DNA of 64,000 nt. Source: Mobula birostris. Taxonomy: Eukaryota. The notes beneath the pieces were generated by a model that did not search any database, had not been told where the DNA came from, and was given only the letters and a program-made list of their open reading frames with translations. Positions 13,611 to 26,530 of this stretch are shown here, piece by piece; the first letter of the stretch is position 1; the number at the start of each line of letters is the position of its first letter. Both the position numbers and the translations under genes were made by a program. The stretch lies in the NCBI RefSeq assembly GCF_030028105.1, contig NC_092387.1:17358244-17422243 (forward strand). The letters are read 5' to 3'.

Positions 13611-14427
13611 CCCTCCCTAACAGCTCTATTAAACTTTCCCGCCAGGATATTGGTCCCCTTCGGGTTCAGGTGTAACCTGTCCTTTTTGAACAGGTCATAC
13701 TTTCCCCAGAAGAGATTCCAATTATCCAAGAATCTGAAGCCCTGCCTCCTACACCAGTGTCTCAGCCAGGCATTCATCTGCCTGATCCAACTACTCTTGC
13801 CCTCGCTAGCATGTGGCACAGGTAGCGATCCCGAGATTACTGCCCTGGAGGTCCTGCTTCTCAGCTTTCTTCCTAACTCCTGGAAATCTCTCTTCAGGAC
13901 CTCCTCCTCCTTTGTCCTATCTATGTCATTGGTACCAACATGTACCAAGACAACTGGCTGCTCACCCTCCCCCTTTAGAATATTCAGGACCTGATCCGAG
14001 ACATCCCGTACCCTGGCACCTGGGAGGCAACACACCATGCGGGTATCTCTGTCAGGCTCACAGAATCTCCTGTCTGTTCCCCTGACTATGGAATCCTCCA
14101 CGACTACCGCATTTCTCTTCTCCCTCCTTCTCTCCTGCACAACAGCGCCAGGCTCAGTGCCAGAGACCCGGTCACCGTGGGCGTCCCCCATCAGGTCATC
14201 CCCCTCAACAGCATCCAGAACAAGATATTTGTTGCTGAGGGGGACAGCCACAGGGGTGCTCTCCACTATCCGGGCATTTCCCTTCCCTCTCTTGACAGTG
14301 ACTCAGTGTTCTGACTCCTGTAGCCTAGGGATGACTACCTCCCTGTAGCTCCTGTCTATCACCTCTTCACTTTCCCTGATAAGCAGTAGGTCATCAAGCT
14401 GCAGCTCCAGATCCCTAACACGGTCTC
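13601..14427 (-). pseudogene. CR1 ORF1 C-terminal part (coiled coil + SGNH esterase-like domain)
   Basis: ...RVRDLELQLDDL... coiled coil followed by an esterase fold ending REGLN*. The N-terminus is missing. Confidence 0.85.
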
Positions 14428-15730
14428 TTTTCCTTGGGGTTTACTCCTGAAGCCTGTCCCATGAGTGGTTATAGCTGCAAGGCAGCAGCGGTTGAGACCA
14501 GAGAATTCTTTCTCCTACATGAGCTACCAGCCACAGCTAACGAATCCTAGCTGCCCAAAGTGACTGGTTTTAAGGTGCCAGTAACCTGCCTTTGCCCCTT
14601 CTGCTATCAGAAGAAACGATTCACCAGACTTAGTAGCTAAGCCACACATGAAGTCCAGGAGTTGGACTTGGTTGTCAGAGACTATTTGAGATGCACGCCA
14701 TTGGGAGCATTTAATAGGTAGTGGGAGCATATCCCCACTACCTCCTCCGGCTTTGAGAACCTCAAGAAAACATTGAATTGATAACAAATGCAAATAAAAA
14801 ATAACTTCTTCCTCTAAGGGAGTTGAGAACAAATGAGGCACAAATTTAACACCAAAGTTAATCTAATGAACAAACATATTTTTCACAAATCCAGAAAAGA
14901 ACAGAGAAAATCCAGAAAACTCTTCCTAACACACTGTCCTTTGTAAGTCGATTGAAATTTTCCATCTGATGTATGAAGTATTTTACCAAAATCTTATCAG
15001 GGTGAAATGGAAAATGGTTTTAAAAGTATCCTGACTGGTTGCACCATTGCCTGCTACAACAATGTCAATGTACAGGAACGCAAAAGGCTGCAGAGACTTG
15101 TGGACACAACCCTCCCCACTGGCAGGATGTACAACACGAGGTGCTTCAAAGAGGTGGCATCTATCATGAAGGACTCCCCCATCATGCCATCTTCTTGCTA
15201 CTACCATCAAGAGGAGGTACAGAAATCTTCAACCACCAAGTTAAGGAGCTGCTTTTCGACAACCATCAGATTCTTGAACAGACCTGCGCAACACTAACCC
15301 TACCTCAGCAATGAAACACCTTGAACCACATCTTTCACTGCAAAGGCTGCCAAGGATTTGTCCCTAATTCTCTTTGTTTTTTGTATTAAGGTATTGCTTT
15401 TGCTCAGTCTTTTTCCTCCTCCTCTTTACTGTATTTTATCATTTATATTCCGCATTTTCTCTCCACCTATGTGCTTGCGATGCTACTACAAGCAAGATTT
15501 TCATTGTACTTGTACCCCACCATACTGGTGCACACAACAATAAGTTCAACTTGACTTGACAATCAAGAAGAATGGCATAAGAGTCAAAAAGGTTGAATGA
15601 CTTAGTAATCCTCAGTAAGTCAGATCTTAGCGCCTCTGCATCAATTCATCTATGTGCAGGAGTGCCCAGAACTACTTCATTCTTGGGTACCATAAACAAA
15701 TATAAAAATGGGTTTTGGCTTCAAACTGAC

Positions 15731-15867
15731 CTTCACCAGATCCATTGGTGTTTTAACTTCCTCAGCCGGAGGTTGTTGCTCAGAAATAGGCAGCGGCTCC
15801 TGCTTGTTCCGGCCTTTCCGCTTAGACTTCTTGAGCTGGTCACTTGTTTTTGAGAAATCTGAAACAT
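15731..15867 (-). CDS. TRIP4: TRIP4 coding exon 3
   Basis: 137 bp between tttttacag| and AAG|gtcagt. Encodes (D)VSDFSKTSDQLKKSKRKGRNKQEPLP...EEVKTPMDLVK, matching the TRIP4 KGRN.QE and EVKTP.DL.K motifs. Confidence 0.93.
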
Positions 15868-17501
15868 CTGTAAAAAGATGAATAATGATAGTACACCTTC
15901 ATCAACTCAGTTGCTTCAAAGCAATCTACAGGCAGAAAGATACATTTTAAAGTGCAGTAACAGTTGTTATCTCAGATACATGGATCAGGAAGTGGAAGAG
16001 TGAGTTAGTATGTTTGCAAATGACCTGAGGTTGTTGGAACTGTGGATAGTGCAGGAGTTGTCGCAGTTAACAATAGGACATTGACAGGATGCAGAGCTGG
16101 CCTGAAAAGTGGCTGATGGAATTCAACCCAGATAAGTATGAAGTGATTAAATTTGGAGGCACGAATACAGGGTTAATGGCAGAATTCTTAGCAGTATGGA
16201 GGAACAAAGTGAACTTGGAGTCCACATCCAGAGATCTCACAAAGTTGCCTCACAAGTTGATAGGGTTGTTAAGAGATGTATGGTGTGTTGACCTTCACTG
16301 GATGGGGGATTGAGCTCAAGATCCGTGACATAACATTGCAGCTCTATAAAACCTTGGTTAGACACACTTGAAATATTGTGTTCCAAATATTGCTTTGCCA
16401 CGGATGAGGCAGGAGGTTCCCGACAATTGGTAGTTTGACAAGAAGCGCACTGCTTCTTTTAGTTATGCTGAGCTGCTGCTTGCTCCTGACACATGGTTCT
16501 CAGTGCCACAGGAATGCTCATTCTTTACTTGGAGAAGTCATGGGATACGGACGTCCAGAAGTCATCTTCCAAGAAGGTTTTGAGAACTCTGGTGTGCCAG
16601 CACAGTCTTTGGCCACTGAGGGAAGGGGGTTGGAAGATGAAGGCCTCAGACTCTGGCACAAAATTCATGGAGGTCAGGGTGATTCTGCCCTCCGTACCTA
16701 TACCTGGGACCTAGTCTACTTACAGAAGGCCCCTCAGGGCACTGGAAAGATACCCCCCAATGCTGTCTCCGTAGAATCATCCAAATTCACTGAAAGAGCA
16801 AGTGAGCCAACATTAAGCTACTCTCCCACAGACCGAAGTCCCCAGCACTGAGACTCGGAAGAACCAGCCAGATGACTGAAGTTCTTCTCACGTCTTACAC
16901 CAAGTTTTCATAACAGTCACTCTATTCCAAGCTCTGTCACAGGATGTGATTACCAGGAAGACAGAGCAAAATTTTTGAAAATAAATATCACCAGGGTCAT
17001 TATGCATCTAAGACTGCCGAAGGTCCTTCTGTATCTGTAGAGCGAACACATGAGTTAAAGTCTCAACTGAAAATTGCACATCTAATAGTGAAGTTCTGCC
17101 CCAGTTCAGTACTGGGCAGCCAAAGTTCGCAGAAATTGTTCAGAATACTTTAAATTTCACGTTTAAAATCCTAATTAGTTAACGGTAAAATCATGGTCGT
17201 TATTATCAGTTATTATTGGTAAGCTCTTTACACAGAGACATGGAACTTCTTGCCAAGGGTGCTGGTAGAGGTAGATATATTAGGGGCATTTAAGAAACTC
17301 CTAGATAGGCACATGGATGATAGAAAAATGGAGGGCTATGTGGAAGGGAAAGGTAGATCGATCTTGGAGTAGGTTAAAAGGTTGGCACAACATTGTGAAC
17401 TGAAGGTTCTGTAGAGTGCTATATTCTTCTACGTTCTATAATTCTGAGCCAAAAATTTGAAAACTCAGGAGATTACATTTCTGTACTCAGTTTGCATGTA
17501 C

Positions 17502-17671
17502 CATCTTTTTTTCTGTATAATTGTCCTTGTCCAGGAGTAGGTGATTCTCGACACTGTTTCCACCTTTTCAGCAGCTCACTGGTGAAAAGCTGCTTCTTTC
17601 CATCAGTCCCTTGTAATAAGTCGGCAACGTACTCTTCAATTTCTTCTGCACTTTCCATCGACAAAATATAC
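17502..17671 (-). CDS. TRIP4: TRIP4 coding exon 2
   Basis: 170 bp between acceptor taacag| and donor G|gtacat. Encodes YILSMESAEEIEEYVADLLQGTDGKKQLFTSELLKRWKQ...YRKKD. Phases fit both neighbours. Confidence 0.95.
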
Positions 17672-18099
17672 CTGTTAATTAGAAAACCAAATGATTTTCT
17701 TGTACAATGGGGACGGAGTGAGAGCTGTAATTTAAAAATTGCATGAAGGTTATAGGAAGTAGACACGTATCACTTGCTATAGAGGCACAGGATCACAAGA
17801 GACTGCAGAGTGTCGTAGAGTCAGTCAGCTCCATCGTGCGCACAACCCCCTCCGCCAAGAGGCTGTGTATCAGAAAGACATATCCATGACTAAGGACCAC
17901 ACCATCTAGGTCATGCCCTTTTCTCATTACTACCATCAGAAAGGAGGTACAGGAGCCTAAAGGCCCACACTCAATGATTTAGAAAGCTTTTTCCCCTCTC
18001 TGTCATCAGATTTCTAAACAGTCTATGAACCCATGAATACTCCCTATTTTTCCACTATTTATTTTTCATAGTTATTTTCACATCTTTGCACAGTACCGC

Positions 18100-18580
18100 T
18101 GGAAATCCAAAGGAACACTCACAAAATGCTGAGGGAACTCAGAAGGTAAGACAGCATCTATGGAAATGAATAAACAGTCGATGCTATGGGCCAAGGCTCC
18201 TCTTCAAGGCTGGAAAGGAAGCGGGAAGAGGCCAGAATAAAAAAGTGGGGAGAGCGGAAGAAGGATAGCAAGAAAGTGTTAGGGTGAAGCCAGGTGGGAA
18301 GACAATGTAAAGGGCTGGAGAGGAAGGAATCTATAGGGAAGGAGAGAGGGAAGGAGGAGGGGCACTGGGGGGGGGGAGATGATAGGCAGGTGAGAAGAGG
18401 TAAGAGGCCAGAGTGGGGCACAGAAGAGGAATTTTTTTTTTAAACCAGAAGTAGAAATAAGTATTCATGCCATCAGGTTGGAGGCTACCCAGACAGAATA
18501 CAAGGTGCTGCTCCTCCACCCTGAAATTGGCCTCATTGTGGCACAAAAGGAGGCTATGGACCGACATATTAGAATGGGAT
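18100..18580 (-). mobile_element. Penelope-like 3' fragment
   Basis: EEQHLVFCLGSLQPDGMN, matching the GIY-YIG C-terminal L.P.GMN motif, plus terminal repeat. Confidence 0.75.
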
Positions 18581-19154
18581 TGAAAAATCGGAATATCAGT
18601 CAGAAATAGTAAACCTGATTCTGAGAGATCGTGTCTCTGATGTAATGCAGGTTAAATGCCCAAGTTCACAGTAGCAGTGTGCACATTTCTAACTTGTTCT
18701 CTGTATGTATGTCATTGGCAAAGCCCATCCCTAATTCCACTGGAAGGAGTTGGCTTGTTAGGCAATCCTGGAAAACACTTAAAAATCCATCTGTATGTCA
18801 GGGGTACAGGACTATAAGCTTCCTTCCCCAAATAGACAGTGAACTAGTTAGGAGTGCTGTAAGATCCTGTAAATTACTATCCAGATGATTAATCATTACT
18901 GGAACAACTTTTTAATTCAGTGTAGTTTTGGAAACACTACAGTAAATACTCCTCTTGCTGTTTATCCACTGCACATATCATGCTCTCAGGAAAATCAAGT
19001 TCCTGTGGATGTTGGACATCTGAAACAAATAACAGAAATGTTGAAAATATTCAGCAGGTTGTGCAGCACCAGCATTAGTGTTTCTTTGTCAGAGCAACTC
19101 TTTACTCCTCTTGCCTGACCCGCTGAATGATTCCAGTGTTCCCTGTTGTGTTTC

Positions 19155-21690
19155 ATGCTGCAGCCCGAGGGCTTCACCGTTCACCACGTGGACTGGACAG
19201 GGCAGTCAGGAAAAGGCTGAAGTGTCAGCATTTGCTTCATGATTAAGTAATCGTGGTGCACAGACGTGATGGTCATTTCAGTCCTTCTCCCCCAAAATGG
19301 AACATCTAGCAGTAAAATGTCATCTGTTTTATCTGTTGAGGAGGTTTTCCACCAACATCCCATTCGTAGTGTACATCCCACCCCTGGCCAACATCGGGCA
19401 GGCACGGGAAGAGCTGAGCACCGTGTTCAGCAGTCACGAAACAGCACATCCTGATGGCTTCCCGATCGTTGTGGGGTTTTCAACCAGGCCAGCGTGACCA
19501 ACTACCACCAACATATCACCTGTGAAACCAGAGGAGCCAACACACTTGAACTCCGTTTCACCACCACCGAGATTGTTTACAGTGCCATCCCACACCCACA
19601 CTTTGACAAGTCCGATCACCTGGCTGTACTTCTACCCCTGGCATACAAGCAGAGACTGAGGACCCACAGCACCAGTGGTGAGGATCACAATGGAATGGTC
19701 AAGGGAGGCAGAGAGCACTTACAGAACTGCTTTGAATCAGTGGACTGGACAATAGTCAGGGATTCGCTTTTGGAACTAAATGAATATGGCATAGTTGTCA
19801 CCGACTTCATCAAGACCTCCATGGATGTGTCCCTTTGAGAACGCACCTGACATACCCAAACTAGAAGCTATGGCCGAAGTGAAAGTTGCAGTCTGCTGAT
19901 TTGTGGCATTCAAGGCCGATAATCCAGAACTCTGTAAGAGTTCCGGGTTTCGCCTAAGGAAGAATATCTTAAGAGCGAAAAAGCAATTGAGTGATGCTAG
20001 AGAGGGAATCAAATGCATGTCAGATCTGGCAAGGTTTGCAGGCCATTTATTCCTACAAGGTGAAACCTAACACCATAAATGCCTGCGATGCTTCACTCCC
20101 AGATGAGCTCAATGCCACTTGTGCATGCTTTGAAAAGAAGATTAAAACTAATCTTGTGTGGATCTCTGCACCCTTGGTATCTGTCTCAAAGCCCACGTCA
20201 GAACATCTTTCAAGTGAGTGAACCCTCACAAAGTGTCAGGCCCCAATGGTGTGCCTGGAAGGACACTGAAAACCTGTGCCAGCCAACCAGCTGGAGTGTT
20301 CAAGGGCAGCTTCAATCTCTCACTGCTGCAGTCGGAAGTTCCCACCTGCTTCAAAGGGACATCAATCATGCCTCTGCCCAAGAAGAGCAGGCTGAGCTGC
20401 CTCAACAAGCATTACCCAGCTATACTCACATCTACTATGATGAAATGCTTTGAGAGGTTGGTCATGGCTAGAATCAACTCTCGCCTACACAAGGATTTGG
20501 ACACACTGCAATTTGCCTCCTGCCACAATAGATCTACAACAGATGCAAACTATTGGCCTTCTACTCAGCTTAGGACTACCTGGACAACAACAGCACTACC
20601 TAGGCCAGGCTGCTGTTTATTGATTGCAGCTAGCTGTTCTAAGCCATCACCCCCTCAGTGCTGATCAATAAGCTTCAAAACATGGACCTCTGTTCCTCCT
20701 CCTGCAACTGGATCCTTGACTTCCTCATCGGGAGACCTCAGTCAATGTGGATCTGAAACAACATCTCTTTGCTGGCAATCAATATCGGCGCACCTCAAAG
20801 ATCAGTGCTTCGCTTGCTGCTCTGCTCCCTCTACACCCACAACTGTGTTGCTATGCACAAATCAATCTCCATCTATAAAATCACCGATGGCATAACAGTT
20901 GTCGGCAGAATTGCAGATAGTGATAAGGAGTTGTACAGGAGTAAGATAGATCAACTAGTTGAGTGGTCTCACGACACTGAACTCAACATCAGTAAGACCA
21001 AGGAAGTGATTGTGGACTTCAGGAAGGGAAAGTTGAGGGAACACACACCAATCCTTATTGAGGGGTCAGCAGTGGAAAGAAAGGGTGAGCAGGTTAAATT
21101 TTTTGGGTGTCAACATCTCTGAATTTCTATCTTGGGCACAACATATTTATACAATTAGGAAGACGATATGCCAGTGGCAGAATTTCATTAGGATTTTGAG
21201 GAGATTTGTTATGTCAACAAAGACTCTAGCGAATCTCTACAGATGTACCATGAAGAGAATTCTAGCTGCTTGCATCACTAGCTGTTCCGCACAAGAGTGG
21301 AAAAAAGCTACAGAGGGTTGTAAACTCAGCCATCTCCATTAGGAGCTCTAGCAACCCCCCCCCCCCCAAGAACATCTCCAAAAGGTGATGTTTGAAAAAG
21401 ATGGCAACCCTTATTAAAGGATCCCCAACACCCATAACATGCCCTCTCCTCATTGCTTCCATCAGGAGGCACGGGTGTTTGAAGACACAGTGTTTTAGGA
21501 ACAACTCCTTCCCATCCACTATCAGATTTCTGAACGGTCAATGAATCCATAAAGACTACCTCAATATTTTTGCTCTATTTATTTAATTTTAATGTACATT
21601 ATTGTAATTTATGGTATATTTTATGCATTGCACTGTACTGCTACCGTAAGACAACAAATTTCATATCAGTGATAATAAACCTGACTCTGA
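19155..21690 (+). mobile_element. Rex1/Babar LINE, degraded
   Basis: Fragments PHFDKSDHLAV, GPNGVPGRTLK, LTSTMMKCFERLV, LNISKTKE.IVDFRK. Tail aataaacctgactctga. Confidence 0.85.
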
Positions 21691-22486
21691 ATATACTATG
21701 TGCCGTTGAAAGCTACTTGAGCAAAATTGTGCCAAATTACAATCAACTTAATATTTGAATTTGTTTCTGAATTATCAATTGGCAATGCTAATACATGGGA
21801 AATTATCTTATCTAACAGTTCCTACACTAACTCCATTCCTCCTCCTGTCTAGCATCTAATACTGGAACAAACCATTACAACCATACAGATCCACTTCAAG
21901 TAACCCATTCGATTGATCGTCAAATCTACCTACTTTTATCACATCAGCTTGACTATCTGCCTCATCAAATCACGAGTCCTGTTTATTGTCACGTGAAAAA
22001 CTTGCATGCAGCAACATCATAGGGATGTAGATGCAGCCAACAAAGAGCACATAAATTAACCATAAATCTGCTGCTAAAATCCTCATTCATTGCCATTCCC
22101 TTTGACTCAATTATTCCAAAGCTCACTTGCCTAGTCTCCCTCACTTGATTCATCCACATAACTAATCGAACCATCTGCTGCCAATATCAGAAATCACATA
22201 AAAATCCCCATCACTCATGTCCTCCTAGCACACTGTAGTTTTAGTTTAAAATTCTCACCGTCCTTTTAATTCCCTCTACGGTATTAAAAAAAAAGCCTAA
22301 TTCCCTTTCCTCCCCCCACCCCGTTAACAGTACCCGATTAATGGTTCGCTGTTAGACTGGGGAGGAAGTTGGATGGGTTGGTCGCGAGGGCAAGAACTTG
22401 GGCGAAGGAACCAATTCTAGGCCCGGACTGCGAACTCCCCCGTCCCTCGCCATCGTCAACAAATTCGGCCGACACCCTTCACATAC

Positions 22487-22599
22487 TGAATCAATTCCTC
22501 GTTTACTTCCAGGCCGAACTTCTGCACCAATTCTTTCTGACACCAACGTAAAAGAAACTCCGAGTCTCCAGCCATCCTCCCTCCAGCAGCGGCCATCAT
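22487..22599 (-). CDS. TRIP4: TRIP4 (ASC-1) coding exon 1
   Basis: Translates as MMAAAGGRMAGDSEFLLRWCQKELVQKFGLEVNEELI(Q), resembling the TRIP4 N-terminus (WC..L...FGL.V.EE.IQ). Donor CA|gtatgt is phase 2 and matches exon 2. In-frame ATGs at 22599, 22596 and 22575. CpG-rich context. Confidence 0.9.
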
Positions 22600-22710
22600 A
22601 ACCACCCGGAAACATTCTCATGCACACACGTCACAAGTAAAACGTCCGGTTCATCAGTACTTCCCCCATGCAATTGATGGTTCTGCACGAGTGTTCCGAA
22701 CTAGGAAGTC
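22600..22710 (-). promoter_or_regulatory. Probable TRIP4 proximal promoter/5' UTR
   Basis: CpG-rich sequence directly upstream of the TRIP4 ATG, with an ETS-like CCGGAAAC and a CRE-like ACGTCA. No TATA box seen. Confidence 0.55.
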
Positions 22711-24169
22711 TGCTGGTCTTGAGCACTTCCTTCAATAAAATAAAGCATTTTTAATAAGAAACAAAGATCAGCTAATACAGAGTTATTCAAACAAAACAAA
22801 TTGGATTAAATAAATCAGTCTATTCTGATTATAGTGATATAAGTGGAAATGACATATCAAAAAGTGATGGCATCTCAAAAACATGGCCACGTCAACACCT
22901 GTGATCTGTGGACTTGATTGTGCTGGAACACTGACCAATGTGTTATATTTGAGACTATTTACCAATCTAAATACAATCTGTGGGCTTCACAGTACTGTTG
23001 CCGTAAAGCTCCAGCAACCCAGGTTCAACCCTGACCTTTGGCACAGTCCACGTGGAGTTTGAAAGTTCTCCCTGTGACCATGTGAGTTCCCCTCAGGTGC
23101 TCTGGTTTGGAATGTAAATTGGCCATTGTATTGGTGGAGGTGGGTGGCAGGTATATCTGGGACATTGAGAGGGATGAGAGTGGGAATAGGTTACAGGAAA
23201 TGGGAAAATGAGAGCTAGCATATATTCAATATTGCCTCCTTCACTGTGATCGAAAAAAAATATTTTCACTCCCTAACCACTGAGCTGTGGAATTTCACAC
23301 TGCAAAGAGGGTAGGTGATGTATTTGAGATCTCCTAGCCACCACATTCATTTGTTGCAGATAAGCTGAAAATCTAGCCAAACAAATCAGTTAGGAGAGGT
23401 ACAATATTTTGGTTTGGACACTTCACTCATGTTCACCTTCCTCCTCAGGATTAGAAATCCCAGCAAACTGGACACACAAGAGACTGCAGTTGCTGGAATC
23501 CATAGCAACAATTTGCTGTCGGGCAGGTGGCCATTATAAAGAGGAGAAGGAGAACGGTGAAACAGGAGTTTGAGGTGACTGGAGGACTGAAGAGGAGAGT
23601 AAGATGACAGGCAAGTTGTGCCAGGTAAGTGAGACAGCAGCAGCTTTGGACTTTTATCTCACCACTTCCCTTCTACTCTTAGTGCTGGCTGTCTCACCTG
23701 TCCAGTCTCAATCCAGACACAGGATTTCAACCCAAAACATCAGCATCTCTTCCTCCTACAGGTGCTGCCTGACCTGCTGGTTTCTCTCAGTACATTACCT
23801 GTTATCCCATTGCACTATTTTGTGGAGGCAAGTTGTCCAGGCCAATTTATCTCCTAAGCAATTACTCCCCCTCTCACCCAACTACACCAATATGACCAAA
23901 AACATTATCTTTCCATTATTCTATTGCTGCCTTGAGACCTTGCAGTTATAAAGCCACCATTCCTTTTTTTCCTTGTTTCCCAATATGTAAAGAATAGTAA
24001 GTAAGGAAAAATGTAAATACTGGAAATCTGAAATAAAAGTGGAAGATACAGGAAATATTTAGCTGGTCAGCAGCATCTGTGGAGAGAGAAACAGTGTTAA
24101 TGTTTCAAATTCAATGGGAAAAGTGAGGAAACAAGCTTTTCAGAATCAGAATTGGGTTTAATACCACAG

Positions 24170-25580
24170 AAGATAGAACAGTACAGCACAGGAACAAGCC
24201 CTACCACCATACCAGGCAGCGCATTCCAGGCATCCACGACTCTTGGACAGAAAACTTACCCCTCACATCCTCTTTGAACCTACCCTCTCTCACCTTCAAT
24301 GCCCTCTGGTATTAGATATTTCAACCCTGGGAAACAGTTTCTGTCCACTCTATCTATGCCTTTCATAATCTTATAGATCACTATCCTAGATCTTCCCCCA
24401 GTCCTCACCACTCCAGAGAAAACAACCCAAGTTTAGGCAGCACCCTGGTAAACCTCTTCTGCACCCCCTCCAAAACTTCAACGTCCTCCCTAGAGCGGAG
24501 CAATCAGAATTGTACGCAATACTCTAGATGTGGCCTAACGACAGTTTTATATAGTTGCAACATAACCTCGTGACTTTTGAACTCAATGGCTCGACGATTG
24601 AAACAAGCGTTCCATAAGTCTTAAATACTCTATCAACCTGTGTAGGCACTTCGAAGAGCAACACTGTTAATGATCTCACCCTTAGCACTGTTCTGTCTCC
24701 TTGCATTTGCCCTACTAAGGTGCAGCATCTTACACTTACCTGGATAAACATTGTAAACCAGCTAGTTGTTTGTTATGTCTCCCCAGTCGCTGGGAAAATG
24801 GAGACACCCTTTTCTCCCTTATTAGGGGGAGAGAGAGAATCTGCGGTTTGTCGAATGCCGGGTGTAACACGAGGTCTTTGGGGTGAGTGCAAGTCTGTGT
24901 TTTTGCTGTTGCTTTGCTCACGCTGAGTGTTTGGTGATGTTGCCAATGCTTGCTTTTTTTGTCTGTGGGGGGAGGGAAGATTGCTGCTTGCTGCCGCTTA
25001 CGCGCGGGAGAAGGGGAGCTGGGGCGGACTTTGGGGTTCTTACGTTTATCTGTCGTTCATTCTTAGGGGCACTTCTCTGATTTCGTGGATATTTGTGAAG
25101 AAAAAGCATTTCAGGATGTATATTGTATACATTTCTCTGACATTAAATTGGACCTTTGAAACCTTTAAACTCCATCTGCCATTTCTCTGCCCATATCTAC
25201 AACTGACCTATATTGCGCTGTATTATTGACCAGTCCCTACACTATCCACAACTCCACCAATCTTGGTATCATCCACAAACTTACTAACCCACCCATCTAC
25301 ATTTTCATCCAGATCATTTAAATACATCACAAACAGCAGAGGTCCCAGCACAGGTCCTCTTCAGCTACTCATTCATCTGGGCTCTCCTGCCATTCCTACC
25401 TGCATTAGCCTTTGGCACCGGGAGTAATCCTGAGATTACTGGCTTGGAGGTCCTTTTCTTCATCCTCTTTCCCCTACACTCACTGTACACAAACTCTTCC
25501 CCTCTTCTGCCTACGTCAGTAGTGCCAACATGCATTGCGACCTCTGGCTGTTCACCCTCTCCCTTGCACATCGCTGGCAT
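24170..25580 (-). mobile_element. CR1 fragments (3' RT part and an ORF1 esterase piece) with a nested short repeat at about 24750-25165
   Basis: CR1 3' end sequence, and GEGEQPEVAMHVGTTD at 25365-25580 matching the ORF1 of the 10525 element. Confidence 0.7.
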
Positions 25581-26530
25581 ATGTTGTGAAATTTCTTATG
25601 TGGCAGCAGTACATCGCAATACATAATAACTAAAAGCTGAATGACTGTAAGTATATATACAAAAAGTTAAATTAGTGCAAAAAGTGGCAAAAAGGTCGTG
25701 AGGTAGTGTTCATTGGTTCAATGTTCATTCAGAAATTGGATGGCAGAAGGGAAAACCTGTTCCAGGATCGTTGAGTGTGTGCCTTCAGGCTTCTGTACCT
25801 CCTTCCTGGTGGTAGCAGTGAGAATTGGTCATGTCCTGGGTGGTGCAGGTCCCCTGTTGATGAATGCTCCCTTTCTGAGGTACTACTCCTCGAAGGTGGC
25901 CCTGATGGAGCTGACCGAGTTTATCACTTTCTGCAGATTATTTCCATCCTGTGCTGTGCACCCCCGACCCCCCAACCAGATGGTGATGCATCCAGTCAGA
26001 ATGCTCTCCACAATACATCTGTAAAAATTTGCCTTTCATGATGGACCAAACCTCCTCAAACTCCTAATGAAATATAGCCACTATTGTGGCTTCTTTGTAA
26101 TTGCATCGATATGTTGGGCCTGGGACAGATCCTCAGAGATGATGACACCCAGAAACTTGAAATTGCTCACCCTTTCTACTTCTGATTCCTTTATGAGGTC
26201 TGGTGCGTGTTCCCTCATCTTACCCTTTCTGAAGTCCACAATTAATTCTTTAGTCTTAAGTTGAGCACAAAGTTGTTGCTGCAATACCACTTGACCAGCC
26301 GATCTAGCTCACTTGTGTACACCTCTTCGTCACCATCTGAAACTCTGCCAGCAATGGTTGTGTCGTGAGTAAATTTTTAGATGACTTTTGAGCTGTGCCT
26401 AGCCTCACAGTCATGGGTGTAGAGAGAGCAGAGGGGTGGGCTAAGCATGCATCCTTGAGGCACACCAGTGTTGATTATCAGCAAGGCAGAGATGTTATTT
26501 CTGATCTGCACAGACTGGTTTCTTCTTAAT
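25580..26530 (-). mobile_element. Rex1/Babar LINE 3' fragment
   Basis: INTGVPQGCMLSP.L.SLYTHDC and KTKELIVDFRK. Confidence 0.75.

Larger units (their letters stand above)
10525..14427 (-). mobile_element. CR1-clade LINE, 5'-truncated within ORF1, with full-length ORF2 (APE + RT)
   Basis: ORF1 has an SGNH/esterase domain (DSIV, VHVGTND, DRLHL). ORF2 has APE motifs (LNARS, ITETW, GDFN, GSDH) and RT motifs (LDFQKTFD, GVPQGSVLGP, FADD). 8-bp tail repeat (ccataaga x2). TSD TTTTCC at 10519-10524 and 14428-14433. Confidence 0.95.
10265..14765. repeat. Older interspersed repeat (possibly RTE-related) split by the CR1 insertion; halves about 10265-10524 and 14434-14765
   Basis: The sequence reads through the TTTTCC TSD (ctccagctctggag-ttttcc-ttggggtttactcc). 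Family assignment is tentative. Confidence 0.5.

Noticed and set aside
12193-14348. Plus-strand ORFs of 90-172 aa
   Set aside because: Antisense shadows of CR1 ORF1/ORF2.
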